A DNA stretch of 62,668 bases from Asterionella formosa. Taxonomy: Eukaryota. The DNA is taken from positions 1 through 62,668 of the forward strand of contig NKIB01013201.1 in the NCBI GenBank assembly GCA_002256025.1, read 5' to 3'. A model generated the notes under the pieces. That model ran no database searches, was not told the DNA's origin, and saw only the letters and a list, made by a program, of their open reading frames with translations. Within the stretch, counting starts at the first letter, position 1; each line of letters begins with the position of its first letter. Of the stretch, positions 9,043 through 19,485 are shown one piece after another. A program made the translations under genes and the position numbers.

Positions 9043-12006
9043 ATGCCAAAGCGGTCGCGACAATCATTTGCTTCCACGGCTGATCTTCCGTTGAATCACA
9101 GTACGAATGCTCCTCTGAGCGTGTTAGGGTCGCTCCATAGTAAGAATTGGCAATTTTTTGCTCAGATTGACGCTATGGAGATAAAAGGGAAAGGAAAAAC
9201 TAGGCCTTTCCAAATGGAAATGACGCCAATGCTAGTTGCAGTCGCTGTAGTCCTTCTATCGCTCCTCCCAACCACATATGCCTCCGTCCCGCCAGACTAC
9301 CTTGATACTTCCTCTGTTGTACTCATAACTGGAGCTGCTGGTTTCATTGGATCCGAATTAGCCATGGCGCTTCATCGTGTATATCAACCAAAGATGATAG
9401 TCTGCATCGATGCCATTGATAATCTCAACAAATCGAGAACTCAAGAGGACTTGGCCCTATTGGAGTACAAACGTCAACGTGCCTTTCATGTGATGCAGAT
9501 TTTGGGGAGTAAGGGGGTATTTTATCGGGCAGACTTTAGGCCGAGCATTCCAGAGTATTTCGACATGGGCGAAGTCCCGATTTTGGATTATATCTTTCGA
9601 GAATATGCCATTACCCATATCGTGCATTTGGCGGATGCTTACCATCATGGCAGTGGAGTGGTACAAGCGGTTCCAAGAATCAAGGACGATATCAAAGCAG
9701 GTATGATGGAATCATTGCTGGAGCAGATCGTCAAGGTCACCGCAGAGACCGGTCGTATGCCGCAGCTCACCTATGCCTCTAGCTACGAGGTATACAATTA
9801 TTGGAATCCACCCGTGAATAACCCAAATCCACCACCCTTTGATGAGACAAGACCAATCACAACTCCATCTTCCTTGCGTGGAGCTAGCAAGATAATTGAC
9901 GAAATTTTGGGACGCACCTATCATAACAAGCACCAGATTTACTCGCTGGGACTTCGTTTCTTTCCGGTCTATGGGCCGTGGGGATCTCCTGGCAGCCCTT
10001 TGTTTGAAATGGCTGAACGAGCTATTACGGATTCGTCGACACCTATCTTGACGCTAGCGGAAAAAGATTCTCTAGATGATTCGCGTGACTATGTATACAT
10101 TGACGACGCAGTGGACGCTCTCATGTCGGCTATGCAATTTCGCACAACGAGTGGAAAACCGGGAGTCATTAACGTGGGGTCTGGCGAAGGAACGACCTTG
10201 AGAGAAATTGCGCGTCAAATGGAGGAGCTCATGCCAAGGACAGTGGAAATTAAAGATTTGGGTGCACCGTCCAAAGCCTCCACGACAGCATTTGCGTCGA
10301 CTGAGCGCTTAAGTCAAATCTTGCGCTTCAAACCTAAAATACCCTTGAAAGAAGGATTGGCTAGACTGTTGGCGTGGCACTATGATCGTGCGTTTCCAAA
10401 TGGTGGTCGACCGCAAGAGGAGAATAGGAACATTGTTTCTCATGGTGTGGCGTCGTGCTCACCCTTCGACAAGGAGTGCTTGCATGGCGCACCGGTATAT
10501 CCTTGTGTTTCGGAGTGTAGTCACGAGAATCAATGCTCAACATCGTATTATGACGATATCTTGGACTTGACCCGATCCCTGACGAGCCAATGTGAAGCTG
10601 TCCTTTACACAGTGGCTTTGGAATATGACCTGACAGACCTTGGATTCTCCGACGCGGCGGCCTCCCCCAAAAGTACCTCTTACATGCAGGACACTGTCTG
10701 CAATATTGCGTTTGTGTCCGACTCGAGTCCCCTTGTGCGACGACTGCGACAAGAAAACGGCTTTCCTGCCTTATCGACAATTCTGCAGGTATTTTCAAAA
10801 GTTGCTGGTATTACTAGTGACAATAAATCCAAGTCACTTCGACATGGATTTTGGACTTTGGTTCCGATTTCAACTCAATCGTATGCGACAGGCGACGGAT
10901 ACTTTATGAAGCTCGTGCCAAAATTGTCACCTGGGCTATTTTTTGGAGCGGCCACGCGTTATGCCATTTATTGTGAGCGCAATGTCATCTTCGAGAGCAT
11001 TCCATTGTTGATGAAAGAAGCTCAGATGCAGCCGTATTCAGAGGGGGTGAATGGAGCAACTGCTATGTTGATTGGCCGTGAGCGTTTGGGCCGGTCGAAA
11101 TCCAGACAGGTAAACAATAACGAGTCTATCCAAAATGCTGCTTATCGCATGATCCAGATCGGCGTCATCGAAGAGATCACGACTCATCCAGATCTAGAAT
11201 CTTCTTGGATGGTACATACCCTACAGAACGAAGACAGTCGACTCTTCCGATGCGACGTTTTTGGGGAAATAATTCAATGGAACGTTGGAACGGACAAGTC
11301 GGCGATGGAATTCGTTATTGGTCTCCATGATATGTGGAGCCGAGTTATTGCAACCGGAAAAGGACAAACGCCATGGTGGATCGGGGACGGTGTTGCAGCA
11401 GTTTCTGGCGGTGATTGGACAACTGCCACGAAGCAGAGACGACGTCTTGTGGACGAAGGAGGCGTCAACAGGGACAAGCACGAAGTCGATGAAATCAAAG
11501 ATTCAGCAGAAAAGGTAGGCACTGGGTTAGCCGAGGATGGCGAAGTTGCGCCTGACGAAAACAAAGAAGAAAGCATCGAGAAAGGGGATGATGAGAGCCC
11601 TGTCGAAGATGAAAGTGGCGTCAAAGCCGAAAAGGAACCTGCCTTAATACCCGAGGATGGTGAACAGTTACCGGAAGGTGAATTATCTGCTCTTAGTAAA
11701 GCATTAACTGGCGACCAAATTGTCGAAGTGAAACCAGGGGCCTTTATGGGAGCCGATGGTGACAAGGCACAAATTCTTACAATAGACAAGATGGCAAAAA
11801 CTGGTGAAGACGGAAAAGAAGACGACGAATCTACAGAATACGAGGATGAAGAGCAAAAGCTTGTCAGCGAGAAAAATACGAAAATCCATGTAAGCGGATA
11901 TGACACTTGGTTGGGCATCGTGTCGTCCACGCCGATTCATTACTTCGTTAGGATCATTCCATCGTCGGAGGCTGGTGTGGTTTATCTAGACACTGTGATA
12001 AAGTAG
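9043..12006 (+). CDS. Secretory fusion: UDP-glucuronate-4-epimerase-like SDR domain + DUF616/TOD1/MUCI70-like domain + acidic tail
   Basis: 'VLITGAAGFIGS', 'YASSYEVY', 'GLRFFPVYGPWG', 'RDYVYIDD', 'INVGSG'; then 'KLVPKLSPGLFF..RYAIY' and 'RLFRCDVFGE'. First ATG is at 9043, but the true start could be a later Met before the hydrophobic segment 'MLVAVAVVLLSLL'. Confidence 0.75.
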   Translation: MPKRSRQSFASTADLPLNHSTNAPLSVLGSLHSKNWQFFAQIDAMEIKGKGKTRPFQMEMTPMLVAVAVVLLSLLPTTYASVPPDYLDTSSVVLITGAAGFIGSELAMALHRVYQPKMIVCIDAIDNLNKSRTQEDLALLEYKRQRAFHVMQILGSKGVFYRADFRPSIPEYFDMGEVPILDYIFREYAITHIVHLADAYHHGSGVVQAVPRIKDDIKAGMMESLLEQIVKVTAETGRMPQLTYASSYEVYNYWNPPVNNPNPPPFDETRPITTPSSLRGASKIIDEILGRTYHNKHQIYSLGLRFFPVYGPWGSPGSPLFEMAERAITDSSTPILTLAEKDSLDDSRDYVYIDDAVDALMSAMQFRTTSGKPGVINVGSGEGTTLREIARQMEELMPRTVEIKDLGAPSKASTTAFASTERLSQILRFKPKIPLKEGLARLLAWHYDRAFPNGGRPQEENRNIVSHGVASCSPFDKECLHGAPVYPCVSECSHENQCSTSYYDDILDLTRSLTSQCEAVLYTVALEYDLTDLGFSDAAASPKSTSYMQDTVCNIAFVSDSSPLVRRLRQENGFPALSTILQVFSKVAGITSDNKSKSLRHGFWTLVPISTQSYATGDGYFMKLVPKLSPGLFFGAATRYAIYCERNVIFESIPLLMKEAQMQPYSEGVNGATAMLIGRERLGRSKSRQVNNNESIQNAAYRMIQIGVIEEITTHPDLESSWMVHTLQNEDSRLFRCDVFGEIIQWNVGTDKSAMEFVIGLHDMWSRVIATGKGQTPWWIGDGVAAVSGGDWTTATKQRRRLVDEGGVNRDKHEVDEIKDSAEKVGTGLAEDGEVAPDENKEESIEKGDDESPVEDESGVKAEKEPALIPEDGEQLPEGELSALSKALTGDQIVEVKPGAFMGADGDKAQILTIDKMAKTGEDGKEDDESTEYEDEEQKLVSEKNTKIHVSGYDTWLGIVSSTPIHYFVRIIPSSEAGVVYLDTVIK

Positions 12007-12339
12007 GCACTTAATCAATTGCTCTTTGATGATTGTTGAAATATGATGAGAAATTATGAAATATCATAGCGATGCACGAGATAATTGTGGTCGATTTTGG
12101 GTTGAGATTTCGTGGTATCAAAACAGTTCAAGAAAAAACTTGGATGGACCATGTAAGGTCTCTGGAAAAATATCATGTCAATGATAAACCACAATGAATG
12201 ACCTTAACGCGAGTAAAATGGGAAGTGCTTACGATGCAGCAAAGAACGTTACAAATCATATTTGATATATTTACAAATTAAGATTTGATCACAACCTAAA
12301 CGAACGTTCACTGATTGAGTGGGATTAAATTACCTCGTG

Positions 12340-14517
12340 TCATGTGATGGCAAAGGATTCAGGACTGATCTGAGTAAGGCCCACTTGAAAGGAGGATAAA
12401 TGCTCCCCTTCAACTGTGTTTCCTGTGTTGTCAGCCATTCCTGGTCTAGTTCCATCTCGTCGCAGATCGACATCTGCTAAGACATCTGTTCCGTTCATCC
12501 ATCCTTCCATCGTATCGGCATCTCCCATAGCAGCAACTAGCGGGCCGAAAATTCCATGGAACTCAAAAGCCGACAAGTCAAACAAGGCATCCGCGCCTCT
12601 AGTAACAAGTCCATATTCACCGACAAAGAGAAGGGCTTCAAAGGCAACAGCCCGAAACGCTTTTCGGGCACGACGAGGGACCAGCCACTTTTCGGCCGCC
12701 TCTTTCAATGCTTCAATCGTTACCGACATTGTATTTCCTTTTATTTCAATTGTCGACTTACTACCAGCAATATCTGTTGCAATAATTTCTGCGAAGCGTT
12801 CTTGAACGATTGCTCGTAGGGCGAACGAAGGCTTCATCATCCCGGCTTTTCGCCTCCTCAAATTTGATTGATCCATGACTTCTGTGGACCGCAAATTCGA
12901 AATTTGAAACTCAGTACTATTTTCGTCGTCATCCAAATTAATTGGATTACTTGCTTTGACTGCAGATAGAATGTCCCTCATCGTCTGCATTTTTTTGCCG
13001 TGGGCCTGTGTTGTTCGTTCCAAAATTCGTTGACGGCGTCGATCTGAATGAAATTCATCAGAATCTGCCTGATTATTCTCAAACAGAAGAGGGTCATCGC
13101 TAAATTTTATCGATTCAAACCCCATTTGACTGCTTTTTTTCTGGGCGATGTTGGGAGCGTCATCACTTCCCATGTCAATTGTTTGAACACGCGAGGCATT
13201 ATCAAGATGCGATTGTTTCTCTTTTTCAGCTGATTCCTTGGCACGTTTGATCCTCCTTCGCATACTACGTTCAAGGCGATTGATATTATGGTCACTCAAA
13301 CGAATATAGAACGCAGCGATGTTTCCCAAATAAATACTCATAAATCCAACGCTGAATGGTAACCAAAATATGCAAAACCAAATACTTGCTTTGTTGACTG
13401 GCACATATTCACCGTAGCCAACTGTTGTAAGTGAAACGCATGAAAAGTAAAGTGATTCCACAACAGTCCACCCTTCTAGAGGACCGACTACGCAGGCGCC
13501 CAAACCAACCAAGCCAGCCAACGGAAAGATGAAGGAAACCGCTCGACCAAATTCAGACTCCCGGAAAAACCACTTGCCCTTTTCAAAGAAAATATTAAAC
13601 CAATCCAAGCAACACTCCGAAGGGTTTGAAGCATGTTGACTCTCATCAAACTCGTTAATCAATTGAAGAGTATTTCTTTCGGTGCCTAATTGCATTGAAG
13701 TCATGCCCTCGAATGTAGATGATTGCCTGAGTAGGTTCTTCCCTCGCCTCGCTAATTCCGCTTTGTCTCTGGCATGTTGAGCTCTTGTCGTTTCCAGAGC
13801 AATGCACTGATACACTTGTGCGACCATGATAGTCAGAGTTGCGATTCCAACAAAAATGTAACAAATAGTAAAGAGCTGAAAGGTTTGATTCGATGGAAAA
13901 TTTCCGCTTCCAAAGCCCACCGTCGTAATCGTGTAAACCAGAAAGAACAGGGCGTTTTCGAATGTCCATCCTAAATATTGAGTATAAAATACTACTCCGC
14001 TGCATAGGTAGAACAACATAAAGGTCATGCTCAAGCACGCCGTTTGTCTCACCGAATGGTAGCGAGCATTGTAACCAACCTCTCGTTCTTCTAAGGCCCG
14101 TTCATATTCCACATCGAGCCTTTTACAAATTTCGATATCATCAATCGACAAACCAATTCCTACCGCATCATTTTTCTCTTTGCTCATCTCACTAGCGTCG
14201 TCCTCCAAGTCCTCCTCGTCAGGAAAACTACTCAATGACTCCACCACTGTCCGCTGGATGTTCGCGGAATGAAGCTTTGTGTGACTTTCTGCATCATGAT
14301 GGCTTTCATCACTGTTTTCTTCTTCGGACCAAAAGGATGGCTCAGAGGCACTTTTCTTCTCTTCTCCCTCGTCCGAAGGCTCCGCTGCTGCTGCTGCTGT
14401 TGCTGCTGCTGTTGCACGGTCTACTGTTCCTTGGAGTCTGACAGCCGGGACTGAAGGTGCGCTTATTGCCATCATTTCTGATTCAACAATAGGACGCTGA
14501 ATTTGCGTAACACCCAT
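12340..14517 (-). CDS. Two-pore-domain potassium channel (K2P/TPK-like)
   Basis: Two pore loops, 'YTITTVGFG' and 'VSLTTVGYG', each flanked by transmembrane segments. First ATG at 14517. Confidence 0.9.
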   Translation of the reverse strand: MGVTQIQRPIVESEMMAISAPSVPAVRLQGTVDRATAAATAAAAAEPSDEGEEKKSASEPSFWSEEENSDESHHDAESHTKLHSANIQRTVVESLSSFPDEEDLEDDASEMSKEKNDAVGIGLSIDDIEICKRLDVEYERALEEREVGYNARYHSVRQTACLSMTFMLFYLCSGVVFYTQYLGWTFENALFFLVYTITTVGFGSGNFPSNQTFQLFTICYIFVGIATLTIMVAQVYQCIALETTRAQHARDKAELARRGKNLLRQSSTFEGMTSMQLGTERNTLQLINEFDESQHASNPSECCLDWFNIFFEKGKWFFRESEFGRAVSFIFPLAGLVGLGACVVGPLEGWTVVESLYFSCVSLTTVGYGEYVPVNKASIWFCIFWLPFSVGFMSIYLGNIAAFYIRLSDHNINRLERSMRRRIKRAKESAEKEKQSHLDNASRVQTIDMGSDDAPNIAQKKSSQMGFESIKFSDDPLLFENNQADSDEFHSDRRRQRILERTTQAHGKKMQTMRDILSAVKASNPINLDDDENSTEFQISNLRSTEVMDQSNLRRRKAGMMKPSFALRAIVQERFAEIIATDIAGSKSTIEIKGNTMSVTIEALKEAAEKWLVPRRARKAFRAVAFEALLFVGEYGLVTRGADALFDLSAFEFHGIFGPLVAAMGDADTMEGWMNGTDVLADVDLRRDGTRPGMADNTGNTVEGEHLSSFQVGLTQISPESFAIT

Positions 14518-15306
14518 AACCAAGAATTCTAGTTGGGAACTATTCTCGAAGCGGCGTCAAGCTCTCAACAGTAGTTCGACAGCGATGGTTGTAGTTTGTT
14601 TGTGATTGGTAACAAAGTAAATATTAGAAGGACCACATAAAAACGGCAAAAATTATTAACTCTTTGTATTGTCGGATAATATATATATAATTTTTATGAA
14701 ATACCGGTATATAATTTTACATATTGGTTCAAGTGCATAGTGTATATAAAATATATATATACCGGTACCTATACTTGTTATACTCGGAGTAGGACATAGT
14801 GGATGTATGCATTCTGTTCTCCGCATGATTTTATACCACGACAGCCGTTGCAAACATGCTATACTGCCGGTATGTATGTGTGATGCATGTACTGGTACTC
14901 ACTCCCCACTTACTAACTACCGTTATATGATGATATTTCTTCAGTTGTACTGGTCTACCGGATATATACATAAGAATACCCAATGTATAAGCATGTACTG
15001 GTAGGTAGAAATACTGGTACTTTTATGCTAGCATGTACATATGAATGTAGGAGTGAGTCATTTTACAACGGAACAAAGAAAGAATGATCAAGTGGACCGG
15101 TGACCAAACACCATGAATGGCATGGTCACAATGGATGCCTCGACTGATATGATACCTGGTAGTTCACTTTGTGTGTCGTAGGCAAACCGTCATTTACCGG
15201 ACCTTCCGAATGATCACGGTGATGGGTCATGAACAAATTTTTGTCGAGATCTTGTTCTGATAATTATGAGCACCAATCCCGGTAACCATATCTATTATAC
15301 ACCATC

Positions 15307-16317
15307 ATGATTAAGAGCTTATTTGTCCTCTTTCTCCTCCTCAGCCTACTCCCACGGATTGCTCTCTCTCAAGAGCGAGTGCGTAAGGTGTATGCTTGGG
15401 CTAGCTGTTACAACACATCAGCGCAAATCGCCCAGCTGCGAAATTCCTCCTGGAGTCAAGTCATTGACGGAATTCAAGCATTTTGTGGTGTGTCATTTCG
15501 CCAAGAGGATGGAGGATTCCATGTCGATCCCACTGAATGGACGCTATGTGAGGGGTTGCGACGAGCTTGCAAAGATACAGGCACTGAATTTCATGTCGTT
15601 ATAACTGACCGCGTACCCAACGAGCTCAACAACCTTGACACGTTCCTGGTCGACGCCATCCAATTTGCTATCGACAATGATATTCAAGGCTATTCTCTGG
15701 ACGACGAATATGACTGCTCTCCCCGATCCACTGTGCCAATGTTTCAGGAATGGATGGTATGGATCAACCAACTGGCGGAAGGTCTGCATGGGGCTGGCCT
15801 TCCATTGACCATTGCGATCCAAGCCATGTCTGGCATTCAAGATGTTCCCTACCAGCCTCACTGTGGACCCAACAAAACCGCAGCCGACTGTAGTCAGTCA
15901 TGTAGGTACATTCCCGAAGCGTATCCATACGATCCAAGAGTCACCCAGCTCATGGCATCCAGTACAGTGGACGTGTGGCTCGCTATGGACACCTACTATT
16001 ATACTACTGGACGATTTCTGGGGTGTCTGGATTGGTATGCAACGTATGTACCGGCAACGAAACTTGGAATTGGCATGATGAACCGAGACGACTTGACCAT
16101 GGATGGCCTTCAGGCACGATTTCACGCGATTGATCGATCTGGAGTGGAATGGATCAATCACTTCCTTCTTCCCATTGATGAGCAGTTTCTCCCGTTTTTG
16201 ACAAGATGGAAAAGCCGTTGCAAAGGATGTGGAAAGCAAAGTATTCTTGGATGTTATGATTTTGATATCGATTGCATTGATGATGCTCTTTCGAACCAAG
16301 GCTTTGGTCAATCATAA
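15307..16317 (+). CDS. Secreted GH18 (chitinase-like) fold protein
   Basis: Signal peptide 'MIKSLFVLFLLLSLLPRIALS'. 'DIQGYSLDDEYD' resembles the GH18 DxxDxDxE motif and 'PATKLGIGM' resembles the GH18 'PxxKLxxG' motif. Cys-rich. Confidence 0.55.
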   Translation: MIKSLFVLFLLLSLLPRIALSQERVRKVYAWASCYNTSAQIAQLRNSSWSQVIDGIQAFCGVSFRQEDGGFHVDPTEWTLCEGLRRACKDTGTEFHVVITDRVPNELNNLDTFLVDAIQFAIDNDIQGYSLDDEYDCSPRSTVPMFQEWMVWINQLAEGLHGAGLPLTIAIQAMSGIQDVPYQPHCGPNKTAADCSQSCRYIPEAYPYDPRVTQLMASSTVDVWLAMDTYYYTTGRFLGCLDWYATYVPATKLGIGMMNRDDLTMDGLQARFHAIDRSGVEWINHFLLPIDEQFLPFLTRWKSRCKGCGKQSILGCYDFDIDCIDDALSNQGFGQS

Positions 16318-16829
16318 CCCATTCTTGTGGCTTTTGAGGCATCAACATGTTTGGATGCTTCATTTGAAAACCCGCCATTTCTCCCTTCATGTTTGCCAAC
16401 ATTTCCAGCATTTCTGTGTCTCGCGATTAATTTCTGATTTCTATTTTTTATCACATTTAATGGCACTGAGCTTTCACTACAACTTTTCCCAAATGGCCAG
16501 CTCTTTCAGTATATAACGGACAAGCTCACAGTGTCGTGAGACTTGGGGGATCATTGGTCATATTGTGGTATCCAGATTCTCGCTCTGAGGTCTCTGGATT
16601 TCATGGATATAAAGGAGCTAAACGCATCGACCATTGTGGGTCCGAAGAATCAAACAAATGATCCACCACGTTTGTTCATCTGAACATAGGACCTTCAAAC
16701 CAGCCATGTTAAAAACTGCAGTATACTCTCGAATAAACACCCGCCTTGATAAAATTAACTTGGGTTAACACTAGCTCTAAATAGTTTACGGAAGACCCGA
16801 TAAAGCGACACTTCGTTACACGAACTCAT

Positions 16830-17528
16830 TTAGAGTTCTTCTCCATAACCGAGCAAATCAAGCACGGTTTCCTTGATATCGAATGGAGTCACTCCAGAAT
16901 AAGATCTCACTTCCCCGTTTGGGTCGACAATAAAGTATGTCGCAAAGTTCCAAGTAATGGCATCAGGACCAGCATTCGCCTTCAAGAATGTGTAGACATC
17001 CGACGTATTCGGACCGTTCACAGCAATCTTGTCCATCATCTCAAATGTTACCCCCTTGGATTGAGCAAAGTCTTTAATCTCCTGGTTAGTACCGGGCTCT
17101 TGCCCACCAAATTGATTGCATGGGAATGCAAGTATCGTGGCAGCTTCCGTGCTTCGCAACTCATGCCACAGCTCCACAAGTTGGTGGTAGTGACTTTCTG
17201 TGTATCCGCAATAGGACGCAACGTTGACAATAATGGTCACCATGCCTTTGAATTTGCTGAAATGAAGTACATTGCCGTCGATATCCTTGGCGGACAAGTC
17301 GAAAAAGGTTGTTCCGTCAAGGAGCGCCGCCTTTTGCTTCATCAAAGCATCCGCGATTTGTGCACATGACTCTTGACAGTTCAGGTTCATGTATCCTGGA
17401 TTCTTGTCGCATTCACCGGCATTAGCCCATTCGGCGCATCCACTGTCCAAGTCCTGACCCAGAGCCAGTGTCCCGATGAAGAGGAAAAGAAGGAGAAAGC
17501 GAAACATGAACGAGCAAAGTATGAACAT
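16830..17528 (-). CDS. GPX: Secreted Cys-type glutathione peroxidase with N-terminal ShKT domain
   Basis: 'NVASYCG', 'LAFPCNQFGGQEPG', 'WNF'. ShKT-like 'CAEWANAGECDKNPGYMNLNCQESC'. Signal peptide. The active-site codon is TGC. Confidence 0.9.
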   Translation of the reverse strand: MFILCSFMFRFLLLFLFIGTLALGQDLDSGCAEWANAGECDKNPGYMNLNCQESCAQIADALMKQKAALLDGTTFFDLSAKDIDGNVLHFSKFKGMVTIIVNVASYCGYTESHYHQLVELWHELRSTEAATILAFPCNQFGGQEPGTNQEIKDFAQSKGVTFEMMDKIAVNGPNTSDVYTFLKANAGPDAITWNFATYFIVDPNGEVRSYSGVTPFDIKETVLDLLGYGEEL

Positions 17529-18114
17529 TGACTACCAGGTACCAGTGAGAACTGGATGGTAAAAGTTTATAGTAAATCAAATATTTCATGTGCTTATTAT
17601 CTTTAGTCCGAGTAGCATTCTTTGTGATATTTTAGGTATAGCAGTAGCTAGAATACGATATGATATATACAGTTAGAATCCTTACTTTATTTTATTTATT
17701 CCCGTATTTCGTGAAGGTTTAGACGATACCGGCATCTTGGTAGAGGTTTTTGATCAACCTCGTTTATGCTTGCTTTGCCACTCATCAACAGCCATGCCTC
17801 ATCTTTTGTTGTTGCGGAATGCTTGCCTACTATAACAGCTCTACATCTCTCTCTATACGAATGCATAATTAACTAGGATATACTTTATGTGATTGTAGCT
17901 TATGTAGACGATGATACATTCTAGGTTTGCATTCATCATCACAAGCAACAGAATTATCTGTGCAGATGATATTTTAAAATGGTAATATCAGGTACCTGGT
18001 CTACTGGGATTATTCTTACACATCAAAGAAGCGCTTGATTTTTTATGTATAGACCCAACTATACCGTGTATATAAATCACATATGAAATCCTATGATAAA
18101 GTACCAGGTACTGC

Positions 18115-18891
18115 TTATGTGTAGAATGGCCAAATTCCACATAGATTCCAAATACTGGGCACTGCCCTGTCGGCACGAATGTACCATTCGCAAAGACCGC
18201 TAGCTTGGAGCGCTTCGGCCATGAATGGCATTGTCTTCTCGCCTCCTGGGGCCCATATTGCGATTGCGCCATAGATGGAGGCATCCAGTGGTCCAGCCGT
18301 GTTTCCATTGAAGTACTCCGACCCTCGCCTATCTAGATCCTTTTGCAAATCTTGGCAGTATTCAAGTGGTGTTTTGAGCCCTGGGTTTCCACGTACTATC
18401 CGATCTGCGCCATACTTTGCCAAAGATAGAGGTGCAAAGTTGCGAAGAAGGAACCCTGTTACTCCAGTCATTCCTGCCGTAGCGGTCCATCGCTTCATAC
18501 AATCCACACTGTTGAAGGCTTCTATTTCGCAAGCAAGCATTAATCCAAATGTTACCATGTGTTCCAGTTCAACGTCTTCTTTAGTCGGCTTGCCAAGTTC
18601 TGGAAACAATAGTGGCGCCAAGGTTTTGTAAATAATGTGCGAGTCATTGACTTGATATTTTCCGTTGAGCACTACCACAGGAAACTTGGTATAGCTAGAT
18701 CCCGCAACCTTTCCAAACCTTGTCTGGTACGTAATGCCAGCTAAATTCAGCAGCGCTCGTGTCTTGCACGTTGCCGGACTCGCATGAGTTCCATACAACA
18801 TGACGCTTGTCAGTGACTCTCTTGTCCACGAACTTGGCAATGGGGTGGCTAGATCCTCTCCCTCAGCATTTGTTCCGTCTTCTAGTGTCAT
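18115..18891 (-). CDS. Prostaglandin E synthase 2-like (glutaredoxin/GST-fold) protein
   Basis: 'LYGTHASPATCKTRALL', 'YTKFPVV', 'QVNDSHIIY', 'FNGNTAGPLDASIYG', 'LCEWY' line up with mPGES-2-type motifs. First ATG at 18891. Confidence 0.65.
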   Translation of the reverse strand: MTLEDGTNAEGEDLATPLPSSWTRESLTSVMLYGTHASPATCKTRALLNLAGITYQTRFGKVAGSSYTKFPVVVLNGKYQVNDSHIIYKTLAPLLFPELGKPTKEDVELEHMVTFGLMLACEIEAFNSVDCMKRWTATAGMTGVTGFLLRNFAPLSLAKYGADRIVRGNPGLKTPLEYCQDLQKDLDRRGSEYFNGNTAGPLDASIYGAIAIWAPGGEKTMPFMAEALQASGLCEWYIRADRAVPSIWNLCGIWPFYT

Positions 18892-19485
18892 GATGACAGT
18901 ATGATGACTCGAATGCGTATGTACAATCCCTCGTTCTGGTCCTTCTTCGGTCAATCAAAGTCAGAACAGACGATTTCCAATGAAGTGGCAATGTGATGTG
19001 GTCAGAGTATACCGGTTTTGCTTATCGGCATATGATCCTCATGAGCCAAGAATGAAATAAATACATAATGATACCGGTATACTTAGTAAGTAATAAATGT
19101 TCAACAGCAGGGCAGGCGCGATATACCCTATCGGTATGTACGATCACCCACCACATCATACCTGGCCATTCGTACATGCCGGGTACCCATGTTCTCGAAA
19201 AGCAAAAAATATTCGTATACAGATATATAGATAGATCATTCATTTCATGGTGAGAAACATGTAGTGCTGTTCATAGTGCAACTTGGTACGTAGGAAGGGG
19301 AAACATAAATGATAATCCTCCAGATTTGACATGACAACACTCAAGATTGCATTGTTTCCATAAGAAAATGTCGAACATTTTTTGACATGGCATGATGCTT
19401 CCTTAATCTAGGCTGGAACAGATGCACATATCGTTGGATAGGGGAAATGTGTAGTAGATAAGGGGATAGTATTCTTAGCATTGTT

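Noticed and set aside
14232..14454. Poly-Gln, poly-Cys and poly-Leu ORFs
   Set aside because: Alternative frames of the (GCA)n tract that encodes poly-Ala in the K+ channel.
17195..17225. Selenocysteine in the GPx active site
   Set aside because: The codon is TGC (Cys) and the ORF has no in-frame TGA.
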